Assembly: GCA_964234715.1 (NCBI GenBank)
Contig: OZ174282.1
Strand: one strand, 5' to 3'
Origin: Podarcis melisellensis
Taxonomy: Eukaryota
Length of the DNA: 64,000 nt
How positions within the stretch are numbered: position 1 is the first letter of the stretch; each line of letters opens with the position of its first letter. This document shows positions 12,869-25,726 of this stretch, in pieces. Under the pieces are notes generated by a model. That model did no database searches and was not told the origin of the DNA. It saw nothing but the letters and a program-made list of their open reading frames with translations. The translations under genes were made by a program, and so were the position numbers.

Positions 12869-13009
12869 GCAGCCTCACCACAGCAGAGGGAGATGATGGA
12901 GCAGGCAGCAGCACAGTTAGCCCAAGATAACTGTGAGTTGGCATGCTGTTTCATTCAGAAGACAGCTGTAGAAAAAGCAGGCCCTGAAATGGACAAGAGG
13001 CTGGCCACT
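12869..13009 (+). CDS. CNOT1: CNOT1 exon ([10 protein letters not shown]...KRLAT)
   Basis: AG/GT boundaries; translation. Confidence 0.93.
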
Positions 13010-13091
13010 GTAAGTATGTTGCAGAGTTTCAGTTAAAAGTTAAATCATGTCAATACCAAGTCATTCATCTTTTTTTCTTCTTTTTCCCCAG

Positions 13092-13196
13092 GAATTTGAG
13101 CTCAGAAAACATGCCAGGCAAGAGGGTCGTAGGTACTGTGATCCTGTAGTATTGACTTATCAGGCTGAACGGATGCCAGAACAGATCAGGTTGAAG
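13092..13196 (+). CDS. CNOT1: CNOT1 exon ([10 protein letters not shown]...QIRLK)
   Basis: AG/GT boundaries; translation. Confidence 0.94.
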
Positions 13197-13299
13197 GTGC
13201 GAAATTAAGAGAATTAAAATTATGATCAATGCCACAATATCAGTGGGGAGGCCTTGTTGGAATCTTCTACTTATCCAAATTTTCCTACTTTCTTTTAAG

Positions 13300-13419
13300 G
13301 TTGGTGGAGTGGACCCAAAGCAGCTAGCCGTTTATGAAGAATTTGCACGCAATGTTCCTGGTTTCTTACCAACCAATGACTCAACCCAACCCACAGGAAT
13401 CCTAGCTCAGCCTATGAAG
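13300..13419 (+). CDS. CNOT1: CNOT1 exon ([10 protein letters not shown]...AQPMK)
   Basis: AG/GT boundaries; translation. Confidence 0.94.
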
Positions 13420-13911
13420 GTAGAAATCCAGTTGAGATGGTTGGAAGTGATTCTGAGGTTAAAGTAAACTACACTGTGACCATTTATTTTACAAGTTATT
13501 GGAGGTTTCCAGATAATAGTGAGGTTGCTTATTGTTTGTGCTTCTCTTCAAATCTATACAGTCTAATAATATTATTTGAAAGTCAGAATGAAATCCCACA
13601 CAAAGAAATTTAGATTATAAACTCTGTGGGAGCTAATTACATAAACCAGTTCGCTGATTACCCCCCCCCCCTTTTAATCCAAGTTGATTTATCAAACACT
13701 TAATATTTGTTTCATTATAAACTGTTCACAATAAAATCTGCATTGCTGTTTTATCTAAATGTTAAGTGTAAAAAGTACCAGCCAATATTGCTGGTGAAAG
13801 CAGTAATGGAATGAAGAAATTATTGAGAAATCTGTTGTGATAAATGGTCAGAATTCTCATTCATTAGCATTCATTTAACTAATAAAGTATTCTTGATTTC
13901 TTTTAAATCAG

Positions 13912-14103
13912 CAAGCCTGGGCAACAGATGATGTAGCACAGATCTATGATAAATGTATGGCAGAACTGGAGCAGCACCTTCAGTCCATTCCTCATACCCT
14001 GGGTATGAATCCACAGACTCAAGCCTTACGAAGCCTCTTGGAGGCTGTTGTTGTGGCTCGTAATTCTCGTGATGCTATTGCAGCCCTTGGACTGCTACAG
14101 AAG
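13912..14103 (+). CDS. CNOT1: CNOT1 exon ([10 protein letters not shown]...GLLQK)
   Basis: AG/GT boundaries; translation. Confidence 0.94.
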
Positions 14104-14680
14104 GTTTGTGTATGAACTTGTTTCATTATATATCTGTGACTCCTGCGCCATGGAGAGAGGCTCACTTTATCTGAAGCTTTCTACTCTAGAAACATGCACA
14201 CAGTTACAACATTAAACTACTTGAACTGAGCACAGGATCAGAACAGTCAGGATTGAATACAGATTATTCTGGGAAAATACATACTGTTTAAGAAAAGCTG
14301 CCTTCAAAGTGGTGAGGAAGGATCCTTTTATAGTGGATATAGTGGTTCCTCCTGCCATCTGCTGTTTTTTGCTCTGTTTTCTGGGCTGTTGTGTAGGAGG
14401 CTTTAAAAACAGTTGCTTGGGAATGTCTGTCATTAGAAGCCCTTTTACCGCCCAATTGCCGCATTCCCTTGTGGGTTACTCTTCCAAAGCTTGAGTGCTG
14501 GTGGTGAGCATTGTTGGAGGCAAAAGTACAAGGAGCGACAGCGATGATGATGATAATGGGCTGCATTCATACTATGCAAAAGCCATCGAATGCATTGTAT
14601 CCCGAGAGCAAAACAGTTCAATTCCTCTCCAAATGACTCAGTAAGATGTTGCTTTTAAGTGTTTGCTCCTCTTCCTACAG

Positions 14681-14823
14681 GCAGTTGAAGGTTTGTTAGA
14701 TGCCACCAGTGGTGCAGATGCTGACCTCCTCCTCCGCTACCGGGAATGTCACTTGCTTGTTTTAAAAGCGCTGCAGGATGGCCGTGCTTATGGGTCTCCA
14801 TGGTGCAACAAGCAGATTACAAG
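14681..14823 (+). CDS. CNOT1: CNOT1 exon ([10 protein letters not shown]...NKQIT)
   Basis: AG/GT boundaries; translation. Confidence 0.94.
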
Positions 14824-16285
14824 GTCAGTGATGAAAGAATAAAGCTTTGAAGGCTGTAGAAGCTCTATTTAAATACAATTATTTAAATATATTCTGATTT
14901 TGGCCAACATAAGGATTTCACCTAGTAAGTTACTGCCCTATATCCCACTAAGTTACATAATGAGTTGCATGATAAGTGCCATATGGATTCATTAATCAAG
15001 GGTTTGGGGCTTTCTCCTGAAATAGGATATTGGTGTGAGAATTAAGTTGGGTGATAAAAGAGGTAAACTAAATACCATTCATGCAACTTAAGCAAAACTG
15101 ACCCCTTGTCTGGATTGAGAGTCTGGTGTGATGGGGCTTAAAACATTTGTGTCCCATCCCCCCATTGCAATTTCTATTTGAATTGGAGAGCCTGCACCTG
15201 CTACCTTCATTCAGAGATCAACTTCCATTCATGCAGTGGAAGTTTCATTAAACTGTGGCAGGTGCAGGGGACGTGAGCTGTGCTAGGGCCCTAATTCCTA
15301 CCCTATTTGCTTTTTTTTTTAAGCCATTCACACAATTGCTAGTTTCATCTAGTTTGGATCTAATACTTGCAGTATGAATATTTTTCGATTCCTAAAATAG
15401 TTATTCTGTGACTTTGTGGTTTTACATTGTTATAAGCTGCTCCTAGCAATGTGGCTACAGTTTCTGGTTATTGTCTGTTGGTATTTACACATATAAGCTG
15501 TAAAAGAGGAAATAAAAAAGCCGGATAGAATTTATTTTATTTTATTTTGCTTTCCATGCGTTGCTGGTGTAGGACCCTAGAAGTGTATTGGCTTGCAGTT
15601 GGCTGTCATAATATGGATACAGGCGAGGGTTCATCTTGCTGGTGTCAACATTTCAAGATGTTAGCTAATTCCTGTTTCCATTTCCAGAAACTAACCATTT
15701 AAAATAGATGATGCTCCTCTCCTAACCAACAATCTTATGGAAAGCAATAGACTTAGATGTGAGGGTTTGGCACTCTAGATGGCTGCCTGTGCTGTTTCTG
15801 GTCTTTATGGGTCATTTGATCCTCAGAATTCTGACCAAGTGTTAGCAGCTAATTGTTCTGGTGGGCAAGTGTTTGTTTCACAAAATTTTCAGCAGTGGTG
15901 CTTTGAGTTTTTCTACCCAGACCCCTTTCCCATGCACTTCAAATCTGAGGTTTCCTGCTCTTGTCTCACTCACATGCTTTCAGGTCATCAGAGGATAGGC
16001 ATCTGATCTGCTGCTCCTGTCTGGAAAGGGTTTTTGTGTTCTCCATTTATGGAATTACTGGTGGGTGGCCAGTCTTTTGTGAATGGGCAGCTGGACTTTA
16101 ATCTGCTCCTCCATCTTCAGCTACAAAGTCTGTTGGCTTTCTTAACATGGGGCAGTTACAGTCAGCTGGTGTTTCTGAAATGAATGTGTGGAATAATTGG
16201 AGAGGAAGCTACCTCTCTGTGTGTTTTGGAACTTGAGATTGAGGAGAAAACAAAGTTAACACAAGAAAACATCTAATTTTTCCAG

Positions 16286-16394
16286 GTGCCTGATAGAATG
16301 TCGAGATGAATATAAATACAATGTAGAAGCAGTGGAGCTACTGATCCGTAACCACCTAGTTAACATGCAGCAGTATGACCTCCACCTGGCTCAG
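16286..16394 (+). CDS. CNOT1: CNOT1 exon ([10 protein letters not shown]...LHLAQ)
   Basis: AG/GT boundaries; translation. Confidence 0.94.
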
Positions 16395-16484
16395 GTGAGA
16401 TACTGCCGCCAAGTTAGTTATTAAATCTCTGCTTATGCTTTAGAAGGAAAACTGTTCACATTCTTGCCTCCTTTTTCTTGACAG

Positions 16485-16654
16485 TCAATGGAGAATGGCT
16501 TGAACTACATGGCAGTGGCATTTGCAATGCAGCTGGTGAAAATCCTCTTGGTGGATGAAAGAAGTGTTGCTCACATAACAGAAGCAGATCTGTTTCACAC
16601 CATTGAAACTTTGATGAGAATTAATGCTCACTCCAGAGGGAATGCACCAGAAGG
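16485..16654 (+). CDS. CNOT1: CNOT1 exon ([10 protein letters not shown]...NAPEG)
   Basis: AG/GT boundaries; translation. Confidence 0.94.
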
Positions 16655-17899
16655 GTAATGTTAAGAGTGTTGAGTGCCAGTGAAGGAATGTTTCCTGCTA
16701 GTGCAAGTTTGGCAATGATGATGATGATGTGAGGCTCTGCCATTCCTGTCCACTCCTTTTACATTGTGGGATCACTGTGTAATACCTACTGTGCTTCAGA
16801 GTGCCATCCCCCACCCAGTCCTGAATCTCCATTTTTAACGAACTATGTAGAGTGTAATCTACAAAATACAAGCCTGCATTAGCCATTGTTTGGTTTTCTA
16901 TTTAATCCAGGCACAACTTTGATTTATTATGGGCCATTGCACATTTACTTCCAATTTAGAATCATACTACATATTTGGAAGTACCATGTGATATGTCTTT
17001 TGAGACTGTTGCCACTTTAGCAACAATAGTCAGGGGAGATTTGAATGCTCTTCCACATCAGAAACTTGGTGAACATATAAAAAAAATTGCCACCTTGGAG
17101 AAAAGACTAGAATCCCTTTCTCTCGTTTGCAGTTTTCCAGTGTTTAGGGAGTTGCACGTATTGAGGAACATTCAGACATGGATTCTCCCACCTACTTTCT
17201 GAAATTGCCATCTGAATATGTAATTCAGACCTTAAGTTTGCTGCAGGCAGGACTGACATGCCTTTTTAGGCCTGCAGTATTAGGCATGGTTTTGTGGAAG
17301 CACGCCCTAGTGTGACACCTTCAAATCTTCATTCTGGAAGGTAGTGATGATTACACTGAGGGTGTAATAATAAGTGACAGATCAAAGGTTTTGAAAAGCA
17401 ATATACCCCCCCATCTCTGAAGCACTTGTAGTCCACTCTCCTAGATGTATTGGGCTGAAGGACAGAGGCCATTCTTTTCTGTTCTTGCCCAACTACAGGA
17501 GATCCATTCCCTAATGCCAGGCACTAGACTAGGTCACCTCACTTTTTATCTCCAAATTTATCTGGCAGTAATATTCAGATTCTTACTGTGTTTCTTTGAA
17601 GCTTATGTCATGGAGCCGTTGTGGGTTAGTGGATGGCATGTTGGACTTAAATCTAGGCGACTTTGGTTCAAAGGTCTGCTGAACCAAGATGCCAACTGGG
17701 CTCCCAACTCTTGCCCCTAAACCATGTCATAGTTTTGGTTGCAATAATATAATAACATCTCATATGCTATCTCTGTGGGACAAGGATGTGATGCAAATGT
17801 TTGAAATACAATGCTGTTTATTGTGGGGTATTTTTTTAAAATTATGCACGTAGCACAAGTAATCTAAACCCAAGCATGTTCATTCTGGATCTCTCATAG

Positions 17900-18131
17900 G
17901 TTGCCCCAGCTGATGGAAGTGGTACGGTCCAACTATGAAGCCATGATTGACCGTGCTCATGGAGGGCCAAATTTCATGATGCATTCTGGGATCTCTCAGG
18001 CCTCTGAGTATGATGATCCCCCTGGCCTGAGGGAGAAGGCAGAATATCTCCTGAGGGAGTGGGTGAATCTCTACCACTCTGCAGCAGCTGGGCGTGACAG
18101 CACCAAAGCATTCTCTGCATTTGTTGGACAG
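17900..18131 (+). CDS. CNOT1: CNOT1 exon ([10 protein letters not shown]...AFVGQ); alternative donor may extend it to 18152
   Basis: AG/GT boundaries; second in-frame donor AAG|gtgc at 18153. Confidence 0.93.
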
Positions 18132-20568
18132 GTAGAGCTTGGGGAAAGAAAGGTGCTTTTTATTCAACATAAGTAGGTTATGATGCCCTTGGATCAAGTA
18201 GAGTACTATGTAATATTGATTTCCCCTTTTTAAAAATTCCACTTTGCATAATGGCAGTACATGCAACATGTCATATCAGTGTAGAGAAACATGTTAGTAA
18301 ATGGTTATTTGTTTGTGCTAGCCAGTATCATGATGCTGGGGGCTCTCCACTTCATCCACTAGGAGGTTGTGTTCTTTAAATGAAGAAAGACCTGGCTGAG
18401 GGGGACTGCATGCCATGGGGCGGTGGTCAGCAAGGAAAAGATTCCCAGTGCCCCACAGAGCTCTTTGGCTTTCTCAGGGTGGAGGATGTGTCCTTGCTCC
18501 GAGGAGAAAAACCTAAGAAGCTAGGGCAGAGCACGTACCTGAGCAGCCACCGCCAGTGGGCACTTCGTGCAGCTCTTGACAGTCCCGAGGGTCTTCCACT
18601 CATTTATTTTGTGCCTAAAGGAAGCAGCTGCTCTTCTGAAGGCAGCTGTAGAGGTCATGTGGGATATGCTCCAAGGAGAATCCCTGTGCCCTCTGGGTGT
18701 GGCCTTGGGTCAGCCACCTTGAAGGGGAGGGTGACTGCCACCAGCCAGGTATGGCCACTGCTTGTACACTACTTAATGCAGTTTCCTTAACTCGGTTCCC
18801 CCCACTCAGGTGACTCTATGTTACAGATGTTAGAGAGGTGTTTGCAAAAGCTAGAATCTCTTTACATATGTAGGCATGGAATATGGCAAGCAGTTTGCCA
18901 GTTTTTTACTCCGCTACCACAGTTGTCCTTCAGAGGTGCCAAAACTTCTTTGCTGCCTTATTTTAGTTGCATTTCAAGTAGCCACTCCACGGCCTGCTTG
19001 CATATGTGAATAAAGTAAATTGCAGGTCCTCTTCCAGATAGAAATGTATTTATTAAGACTGCAGAAACCGTGGTACTTGCCATTAAAGTTTTGCCTTATT
19101 GGTGTATGGAGTACTTTGAAAACAGTGGCTATGAAAACTATTCAGTACTTATGAGGACAGCAAAATTTCACATGCCTTTCCCCCAAGATCCCTAGACAGC
19201 TACCCGAAAAAGTTGCAGTGTATCTGAAATGCAACATAATTTGCCTAAATAATGCACAAGTAAAACCAATAAAGATGTGTAGGGAATAAACTGAAAATCA
19301 GGTCTGCCTTCGGTGTGACGTTGACCCCTGCAAAATGCCAGAGTGAATGGATCACTGAAGAATGGAGCCCTGTTGTTCAGTCGCAGAATTTTCTGTTCAT
19401 ATTTACCACTTTAGTTGCTCTGCATTTTAGAGATTATTGCTTATGAGAAGCGTTTTGAATGCTTTCATAATGAGAATTTCATCCTGAATAACCATTGCTT
19501 TAAAAATTGTGATATCAGATCTTGCAAGTGACTGAACTATCTATTGACAGACTACTTATGAAACCGACAGGAGTAGCAATCCATTCTCATGTGCCTACAT
19601 TCCTAAGAGGGGTAGTCTTAACCCTCCTACACCATGTAGCTTCCCTGCCTAGAATTTCACTTCACTACTTTTGCTTTTCTCCTACCCTCATGTGGAAGGG
19701 ACCATTCACTTCTGCATCCTAGTCTAGCAATGTGTCCCTGGAGGAGAAGCATGACTACTTGGGCCTCTCAACACTGCAGAATTGATGTGTGGTATTCTGC
19801 ATAAAGTACAACTTCCATAGTTCCAGTCTACTCTGGAATGGTATTGCTCCTTCATATTCCAGTGTTTTGGAATGTACTCTAGAAACCTTGAGAGAAGGAG
19901 ATTGTCTATTGCACTTAATTCCTGTTTTCCGTGTCACCCAGAGGGTATTCCACCTGCCATTGTTTCCTGTGGGTCAAGCTGCTCTGAGGCTTCTGCCTCA
20001 CTGCACAGATGGGAAGCTGCTCCTCATGTTTTTGCTGCATGTGTGCTTGGGTTATTGCGTACAGGTTGTTGGTTCTTTTAAGGCATTTAGAGTTTATTTC
20101 TGCTCTGCCAGTCCAGTCTAGGAAGATCAAGATGATGGCCCTGTCTGCTGCTCCAGGTGGAGGTGCTATCCCACTGATTGGGAATGCCCTCCAGGAGAAG
20201 CAGAACAGGAATTCACAGTAAGAAATGTCCCTTTCTGCATATAGCATGCAGCACCAGTAATGCCTACATACAGAGGCAACATGGGTGTTGTGTTTACTTC
20301 CTTGCCAGCATAGTTTCCTTTTCCACCTGGTTCCTGGATGTAGATGTTACCAGTGTGGGACCTGATTACATAGAAATGATCTTATGCTACTATGGTTGGT
20401 AATGTAGGAATTGACCCTAAGAAGCATCACCAGCCTTTTCTGTGCCAAACTGCAGTGTTACAGTCTAGCCCACTTGCTTTCCATCATGTCTAGATAGAAC
20501 ATTACTAGCTTGATTTTAGAAAAAAGAGAAGTTCTTTAGGTCTGAGTCTACCTTTTCCCCCATTACAG

Positions 20569-20817
20569 ATGCATCAGCAAGGAATCCTGAAAACCGATGA
20601 TTTGATCACACGATTCTTCCGTCTTTGCACTGAAATGTGTGTTGAGATCAGCTATCGTGCTCAAGCTGAGCAGCAGCACAACCCCGCTGCCAATCCCACC
20701 ATGATCCGTGCCAAGTGTTACCACAACCTGGATGCCTTTGTGCGCCTCATTGCACTGCTGGTGAAGCACTCTGGGGAGGCCACCAACACAGTCACCAAGA
20801 TCAACTTGCTCAACAAG
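20569..20817 (+). CDS. CNOT1: CNOT1 exon ([10 protein letters not shown]...NLLNK)
   Basis: AG/GT boundaries; NOT1 C-terminal domain. Confidence 0.95.
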
Positions 20818-21365
20818 GTTGGGAGCACCCTCCCCCCCCCCCCCGTACCCATCTATCTTGAGTTTGTGAGAATGGGTAGTATACTTTAGAATTGTGATGA
20901 CTGAGGCTGGTGGGAGTTGTAGTCCATGGGGCCAGGTTGGCAAAGGTTTCCTTATTAAATGAATGGGAACTGGTGCAGCATGTTTTTTTACAAACACAGA
21001 CTAGGAGTTCCATGTTTTTAAATCGTGATCCATCTATGGATGATGTTTGGCAGGTGATTGCCTCCTCTGTAAAAGAGATCCTTAGCTACATTGTAAAGAA
21101 TGTCAGTGTACTATGCAGGATGTACTTGGAGCACTTAGGAAAAGCATTACATAAATCTGAATAAGGGTTTGAGATGTGCATATCTCTCGTTCACTTACAT
21201 GTGAAAGGGGCAGAAAACATTATTGTAAAGTTGCAGTCAAGATCGCCAGTTTGTTGTATTGTCTTCAAAAAATACTGAGTATGTGCATGAATTCCAGTTG
21301 GCATTGCAGTAATTATAAGCATACATAAAAGTTGCATTCTGAGCGCATTGCCTTTTTACCTCTAG

Positions 21366-21529
21366 GTTCTTGGGATAGTTGTGGGAGTCCTTTTGCAGGA
21401 TCATGATGTTCGTCAAAGTGAATTCCAGCAGCTTCCCTACCACCGCATTTTCATCATGTTGCTGTTAGAATTAAATGCTCCTGAGCATGTCCTGGAAACC
21501 ATAAACTTTCAGACACTCACAGCCTTCTG
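21366..21529 (+). CDS. CNOT1: CNOT1 exon ([10 protein letters not shown]...LTAF)
   Basis: AG/GT boundaries; translation. Confidence 0.94.
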
Positions 21530-22675
21530 GTAGGTATCATTTAATTGACTAGAGGACACTTTGGGTCTTTTGGCTCTAGAGTTCTGTGATTTGCATTGAG
21601 TCTACACCAGTTCACTTTAGTTAACACTAATTTTGTGTAATTCTAAATATGTTGATAGACTTGGAGTCTATTTTGGTTACTGGAATAATTGCACATTAAG
21701 AAAATTTGTGGGCATATGTGGGATTCTTTCCCTACATGGACTGTTCTCTAGTGTATGGAACCAATGCTTCTCAGCCTCTTGGTGTGAGGGAAGGGTTTTT
21801 ATACTGCTCTGTCTTAATCTCTCTGGAGACCCACATTGGGATCTGCAGCTGTGGAGCTGGATTTAGAACATTCTAGAGCTTTAGCCAGACTCAATCCCTG
21901 GTCAAGTTGGGACATTGATCCTGTGTTCTATTCAGGAGTGGTGCTATTATAGTTGTACAGACTGCCATCTGGACACCTATGAGAATTTATGGCAACTAAA
22001 ACGCTCCTTTACTTTAGTGAATCTGTTTATTAAAACTGTGATTCCTATATGGTACATTATTGTCTTGGATCTTAATTATGCATCTTTTACTACATTTGAA
22101 TGGTTTGGGGCCACCATCATTCCTTGGAGAAATATTTGATGCACTTTTAAAATAAATGGCAAACTTACTTGTACAGTTTTATAAAATCCACAGATTTTTG
22201 GCATTAAATGCAGTGGAAGGAATAAGTTGTAGTTTGATGGCTTTGGAATTATTGGGCAGGAGACAGGGGGGCTTTACAGAAGGGCATTACGACTACCCAT
22301 AGGCCACTGGGAATTCTGCCTTCAAGGCAGATGCAACCCAATTGGGGTGGGCAGGGAGATTCAAATCTCCTAGTATAGTGCCGTAGAACAAATCATATCC
22401 TCCCTGATCATCAGCTTGAACATTTGATGTGCAGGAAGGAGCTGATAACCTGCCCTTTTCATCTGATCTGCATGAGTCAGCTGGAGGTTCACCCACTGCT
22501 GCTGGCATTTGGCCCTGTAGGGTTGGCCAAGAGTGAATGCTGGCTCTTGGTCCTTAAAACATTTAACCACCTCTGCCTGATTTAGACTTCAAGGATGGTC
22601 TCAGTTCAATGCAGATTCTTGGCAGTACTTTAAACAAATCTGACACAAAGCTTGTGTTGTATGTTTTTATTTCAG

Positions 22676-22793
22676 TAACACATTTCACATCCTGAGACCT
22701 ACAAAAGCTCCAGGTTTTGTTTATGCTTGGCTAGAATTGATCTCCCATCGGATATTTATTGCAAGAATGCTGGCACATACACCACAGCAGAAG
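22676..22793 (+). CDS. CNOT1: CNOT1 exon ([10 protein letters not shown]...TPQQK)
   Basis: AG/GT boundaries; translation. Confidence 0.94.
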
Positions 22794-24266
22794 GTGTGGC
22801 TGCAGTTTATCTTCTGTAACTTACGAAGCTTCCAAAGGGAATAAGGATGCATCTTGGTTTGCAGGTTTTGTTTAACTAGAATGACTTTATGCCATTTAAA
22901 TTTCTGATGTCTGCTTTTAAGATCTTTACCATATTCCCACAACGTAGCTGCTAAGAGTTGATTACCTGAAGAGGTCCAGAAACCTCAGCAGGACAGATTA
23001 AAAATGGGATGTTAATCTTCATCCCTTAAAAAACCCAGCCTGGTAAAATTCAGTCTGAATACAAGAATGTTAAACCTTCACTTTTAACCCTTAAAAACTG
23101 AATCATCCTTCAGTCAAATACACTGGCTGCCTTTGCATGGAACACTAGATTCAGGAGTGTGCTTTAAAGCAAACCATGGTTAATTAAACAGGCCAACTTT
23201 ATAACCTGTGGCTTGAAGTTGATTTGTTTTGAAACTTAGCAGTGTTTTAAACCTAGATTCCTATTTCACACATAACTCTTAAGTTTTGTAAATGTGAAAA
23301 CTATACCCTGCCAGGCCTCCCAGCTGCGTGGGAGAAGGAAGTAGGAGAAATATGGTTATATAATACAATTGTTATGAGCTTGATAGTGTGGTTGCAGTGG
23401 TGGTGGTGAGTGAGGCTCGACATATCATGGCATGTCCTGGGATCCAGTGCTTGTCTCAGTAGGATGTGATCCAGTATTATTGCTAGGAGGCCCTTCCTTC
23501 CACTAGTTCTACCTGTGTGACCTTGACTAAAGTGCATACTTTGTGTACTTTTTATCTGAGTTGTGGAATTATTTCAGTTCTCAATTTAAGAATACCCTTC
23601 CTCTCTGTTAAAAAAAGGACAGTACTTTTTAATCTTCTGAAAATAAACTGTTCTGCCTATTAATTACCAGCCCTTACTTCTGAAAATGCTTGGCCCTTTA
23701 GTTGTCTCTGAGCAGACAAAGACAATGGTGCAGAGGTACATGAGCTGCAATGGACAAGTTCCCTATTTTGTTTCTAGGCAGGGGCAAGGGAGGAGGATTG
23801 TGCAGTGTAAGAGAAAGAGAAAGAGAAGTTAAAATTATTTTCTATTTAAAATGAATATTTAAATCAGTTTACTCCAGCAGCCATAGATGTTAAACAGAAG
23901 TTTGATATAACTTGCAAGGAACCATTTGCAGCCTTGTAGGTTGTATCAAACTTCTGAGAGTCCACAGCTGCACTGTATTGGGGCAGATGTGACCAAGTCT
24001 TTCCAGTAAATCTCACTCATTCTTCCATTTCCCTTATGTCCATAATTCAACCCCTACAGTGCCCCTTATTGTACATAAGTGGCTGGTTTCACTATGGATT
24101 TCATATTTCAGGTAGCCCTGACAGATTAAAGAATAATGTACTATACTGCTTTGTAATATGCAAGTTGTTAGTTCTACCAACAATGTTAAGTGGGATCCAG
24201 TTCAGACATTATAGTAAATATATTAGCAAATATCACATAACTCTTATCATGTAATTCTCTTTCCAG

Positions 24267-24368
24267 GGGTGGCCTATGTATGCTCAGCTGTTGATAGATC
24301 TGTTTAAATATTTGGCTCCTTTCCTGAGGAATGTGGAACTTGCCAAACCTATGCAAATTCTGTACAAG
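24267..24368 (+). CDS. CNOT1: CNOT1 exon ([10 protein letters not shown]...QILYK)
   Basis: AG/GT boundaries; translation. Confidence 0.94.
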
Positions 24369-24642
24369 GTAAGTAGAATTTAGAATAGAGCAGAAGAGAA
24401 TTTGTTACAATTCAGTGATGGTCTGGATTATTTTCCCAGCACAATTGTAGCTTCACAGTAAAGTTCAAATCATACAGCCCTTTTCCATGGGATTGTGGAT
24501 GAGGAAATTGACCTGTGTGTTTAAAAAGTGTGCCACCAACATGAAACACTTGGAAAGCTCTGATAATAGTGTTGACTGAGATGTTTTGCATAGATTTAGC
24601 ATAGATACTTAGTTTTCTCCCCCCCCCCCCGTTTTTTTGTAG

Positions 24643-24816
24643 GGTACTCTGCGTGTGTTGTTGGTCCTGTTACATGACTTCCCAGAATTCCTCTGTGACT
24701 ACCACTATGGTTTCTGTGATGTGATTCCTCCAAACTGTATTCAGCTAAGGAATCTGATATTGAGTGCCTTCCCACGTAATATGAGGCTTCCAGATCCGTT
24801 CACTCCCAACCTTAAG
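24643..24816 (+). CDS. CNOT1: CNOT1 exon ([17 protein letters not shown]...TPNLK)
   Basis: AG/GT boundaries; hallmark LLHDFPEFL motif. Confidence 0.96.
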
Positions 24817-25726
24817 GTAATGTACAAGGCCTGGTTTGTATGAGACCTCATCTGTTGAAGCACCTGAGATTGTGCAATGGTGTTGATGCTTTTGCATAAA
24901 CAACTATGTCAGTAAGACCCTAGTGGGTCAGCTTAACCTGCTTTGATGAAACAGGGTAGCCAATATAATGCCCTCCTGATGTTGGACTCCAACTCCTGTT
25001 GGTCCCAACTAGAAGCCTAGTGCTTAAAGATGACAGGAGTTGTAGTCCATCAACATCTGAAGGGCACCCCATTAGCTACCCCCAGCCTTAAGGGAAGATG
25101 TTTATAACACTGAACCACCCCAGGTGGGGAATGTCATTTTGAACTCCTGGTCTTGAAAAGAGCATTCTGTCCTGGAACATACACTGCAGTCGTTGCTTAG
25201 TAGTAAAGATGCACTTGAACTTTGGCAACTGTTCCAGCATATCTGTTTGCTTATGCTACATCTATACCTGAGGCCCTCCTTTGAGTGCCACCACCATGAG
25301 AGATCCAGAGGGTGTTTTAAGGAGAAGGGGCCTTTTCTGCGGTGCCTTTCTGCTTGTGGGATGCTCTCCCCAGGGAAGCTCGCCTGGCACCATCATAACA
25401 TATATTTAAACACCAAGCAAAACATTTCCTCTGTAACCAGCCTTTTGGCCCTTAACTATCTGTGGCCTTTTAGAATTGGGCAGGATGTTTTCAATGTCTG
25501 TCCTCCCCACTGGTTTTAACATATTTAATATATTGATGTTGGGTAGTTTTTTTGGTTGGTTGTAAGTCGCTTTGGTTTGCATTGGGCAAGATAAAGCAGC
25601 TGTCACATTTAAGATCATGGTGGTGGTGGTGATACAAGAGTGATACTCAGCCTTCCCTGTGGACTTCAGATGGGTAACAGCTGAATGGTAGAAAATAACG
25701 TTAGGATGCTTCTGTGTGCTCAACAG

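Noticed and set aside
17344-17425. C/D box-like GTGATGA...CTGA
   Set aside because: No terminal stem and no recognisable rRNA or snRNA antisense element
18380-18790. 136-aa ORF in a CNOT1 intron
   Set aside because: No homology recognised and no convincing splice sites; the CNOT1 frame is complete without it
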